64,000 nt of DNA from Zygnema circumcarinatum SAG 698-1b (lineage: Eukaryota > Plantae > Zygnematophyceae): NCBI GenBank assembly GCA_037447605.1, contig CM074807.1:2046001-2110000 (forward strand), written 5' to 3'. The notes under the pieces were generated by a model, which saw only the letters and a program-made list of their open reading frames with translations, did no database searches and was not told the origin of the DNA. The stretch's first letter is position 1. Every line of letters starts with the position of its first letter. Positions 62,237 to 64,000 of the stretch are shown here, one piece after another. A program made the translations under genes and the position numbers.

Positions 62237-64000
62237 GCAAGGGCAGGACGATCGCATGGACCCTCCAGCTTTCGAACCAACCTGCAGAGAAGCACACGAG
62301 TCAGATCTGAGTTCCCCAGCAAGATGGAAGAGATGATGACAAAACTGATAGCCTTGATTCCTGAAAAGAGTGAGGTGAGGGATACCACGGGCATCATCAC
62401 TAGAGGCTTCACCGGCAAGCAGGAAGATGCAGAGTCTTGGCTGAGACACCTTGAGGAGAAGGCAGCGCAAGCAGACCTGAAGGAGGACCAGTGGATCAAG
62501 CTTGCCCTTGGAGCGCTGGAAGGCGAGGCAGTCAACTGGAAGCTGTCCCGAAACTGGCACAAAGCAGATGTCGTCGCCACCCTGACAAGGGACACATTCA
62601 AGCAAGCTTTCAGACAACGCTGGATTTCAGATCCGATCACTGTGCTGGACCGACTTCGCTACATAGAATGCTACAGTGATGAGCGGCTGTTTGAATTCAC
62701 TGAGCGCTTTGTGCGCATGGCAAATACGATCGAGAACTTGCCTGACTTTTCCGAAGTGCTCCAGTGGTTCCGCAAGGCCATCAGCGAGAAGGATCTCCAC
62801 CTGGATCGTGAGCTGCGAGACAACCCACCAGCAGATGCCCAGGCATTGTTAGACAGGGCAGAGCGAATTCAGAAGGATCAAGAGAGAGGCAACCGACATG
62901 TACGACCACATTACATGAACGCTACAGATCCACGACAAGATCGACTCTACCAGCAGTTCCTGAAGACACAGAATCAACAGTTGTTCGATCCCTACGCTAC
63001 ATCTACTCGGAACAAGCCTTCCTTCTCCGGCGTCACTGCTCAGGACGTCCGGACAGCCCCTGTGGTGCAGCCTCTGGCCATAGCCAGCACAACCAAGCCC
63101 CTTCCCCTTTCCCCATACCCTCATGATCCGGCGCATCCCATTGAGCCGGCGGTGAATCCTCACATACCAGATGTTTCTCGTCCAGGATATCGGGCTCCTT
63201 ATTCCGATCGCACACCCGAAGAGAGAGAAGCTGCCAGGGCCGATCTGCGCCGTCGGATGACAGAGGCAGGGGTTCCGGAGGGCGTCTGTCTTGCCTGCGG
63301 CCTGAATCATAATCCGCGGCTGCGTTGCGGACCATGGACCTGCACCTTCTGTCAGATCACGGGACATGATGCCCGTGTGTGCATGCGGAGACTCTCAAGT
63401 GAGAAGGCCCGAAAGGGGAAAGAGGCAGCTGAAGGGAGCTCACCTGCAGAGATCACCTTCATGGATATGNNNNNNNNNNCCTTGGGATCCCTGCCTGAGG
63501 AGGAAATTGAAGATCTCAATGAAGAGGAGCCGACAGCGGCGCAGCCAGAGCCGACGGCACCGGCGACCGAAGAGATGCACGTCAATCCACCCCATCGCCC
63601 TCGGGCAGCTCGTTTCTACCCCCAAGCAGCCGATCGTCGACCACCCCCCCCGACAGACGGCCTATCCCTGATTGAACGCATGGTTCATCAACTCATGGGA
63701 GACAAGGCTAAGATCGGCATTACCTTGTCACAGTTGATGCAGCTTGTACCAGGTGCTGCCGCCGTAGTTCGAAAGCTAGCCGACAGTGCAGAGGCCACCC
63801 TGCGGCCTCCCACGGTTCCTATGGCATCTCCTCCGGACGTCCCCTCGCCAGCCGATATCCACCACATGGCGACGGCGCCTCCTCCGGACCCAGTTCGCTC
63901 TCCCCGCCATCCTCCTCGCCAGATTCAGATCCTCCCTCTGATCCCCACACCCAACGTGCGAATCATTGTCAATGTATGGCTCAACGGTCATCCCAGCAAA
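62237..64000 (+). mobile_element. Ty3/gypsy (Metaviridae) LTR retrotransposon gag-protease ORF, truncated by the window end
   Basis: One frame is open from the gap at 62237 (first ATG 62324) to the window end and stays in phase across the N-run at 63470-63479. It has capsid-like FTGKQEDAESWLRHLE...ALEGEAVNW, knuckles CLACGLNHNPRLRC and CTFCQITGHDARVC, and a GITLSQLMQLVP motif. The final VRIIVNVWLNGHPSK resembles the strand before an aspartic protease D-x-G. TGTCACG at 62083 is a candidate LTR start only. Confidence 0.85.
63470..63479. other. Assembly gap (10 N)
   Basis: N run inside the gag ORF. Confidence 1.

Overview
This is eukaryotic, intron-rich nuclear DNA from a green plant of the streptophyte lineage. 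The gene set and short GT-AG introns suggest a charophyte alga or early land plant, but the species cannot be fixed from sequence alone. I reconstructed 11 protein-coding genes by splicing. In order: nicalin 3' part (+), UTP6 (+), ALKBH8 (-), XEG113-like GT77 arabinosyltransferase (+), DHX57/YLR419W-like helicase (-), SRP19 (+), GUN1-related PPR-SMR protein (-), AI-2E transporter (-), TRS120/TRAPPC9 (+), RPA1 (-) and an RBM24/38-type RRM protein (+). A Ty3/gypsy gag-protease ORF runs off the right end and is missing from the supplied ORF track. I saw no CRISPR array, rRNA or tRNA. The most notable points are: (1) ALKBH8 and TRM9 domains fused in one reading frame, unlike the two-gene arrangement in Arabidopsis; (2) a ~110-bp dispersed repeat family with an invariant 21-bp core, found four times in intergenic or UTR DNA; (3) degenerate CGATA/TATCG pentamer arrays just upstream of start codons; (4) an N-terminal C2H2 finger on the helicase; (5) three zinc knuckles on RPA1; (6) a palindrome-dense block before the retroelement. 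All homology calls come from remembered family motifs, not database searches. I found no clearly new multi-gene system.
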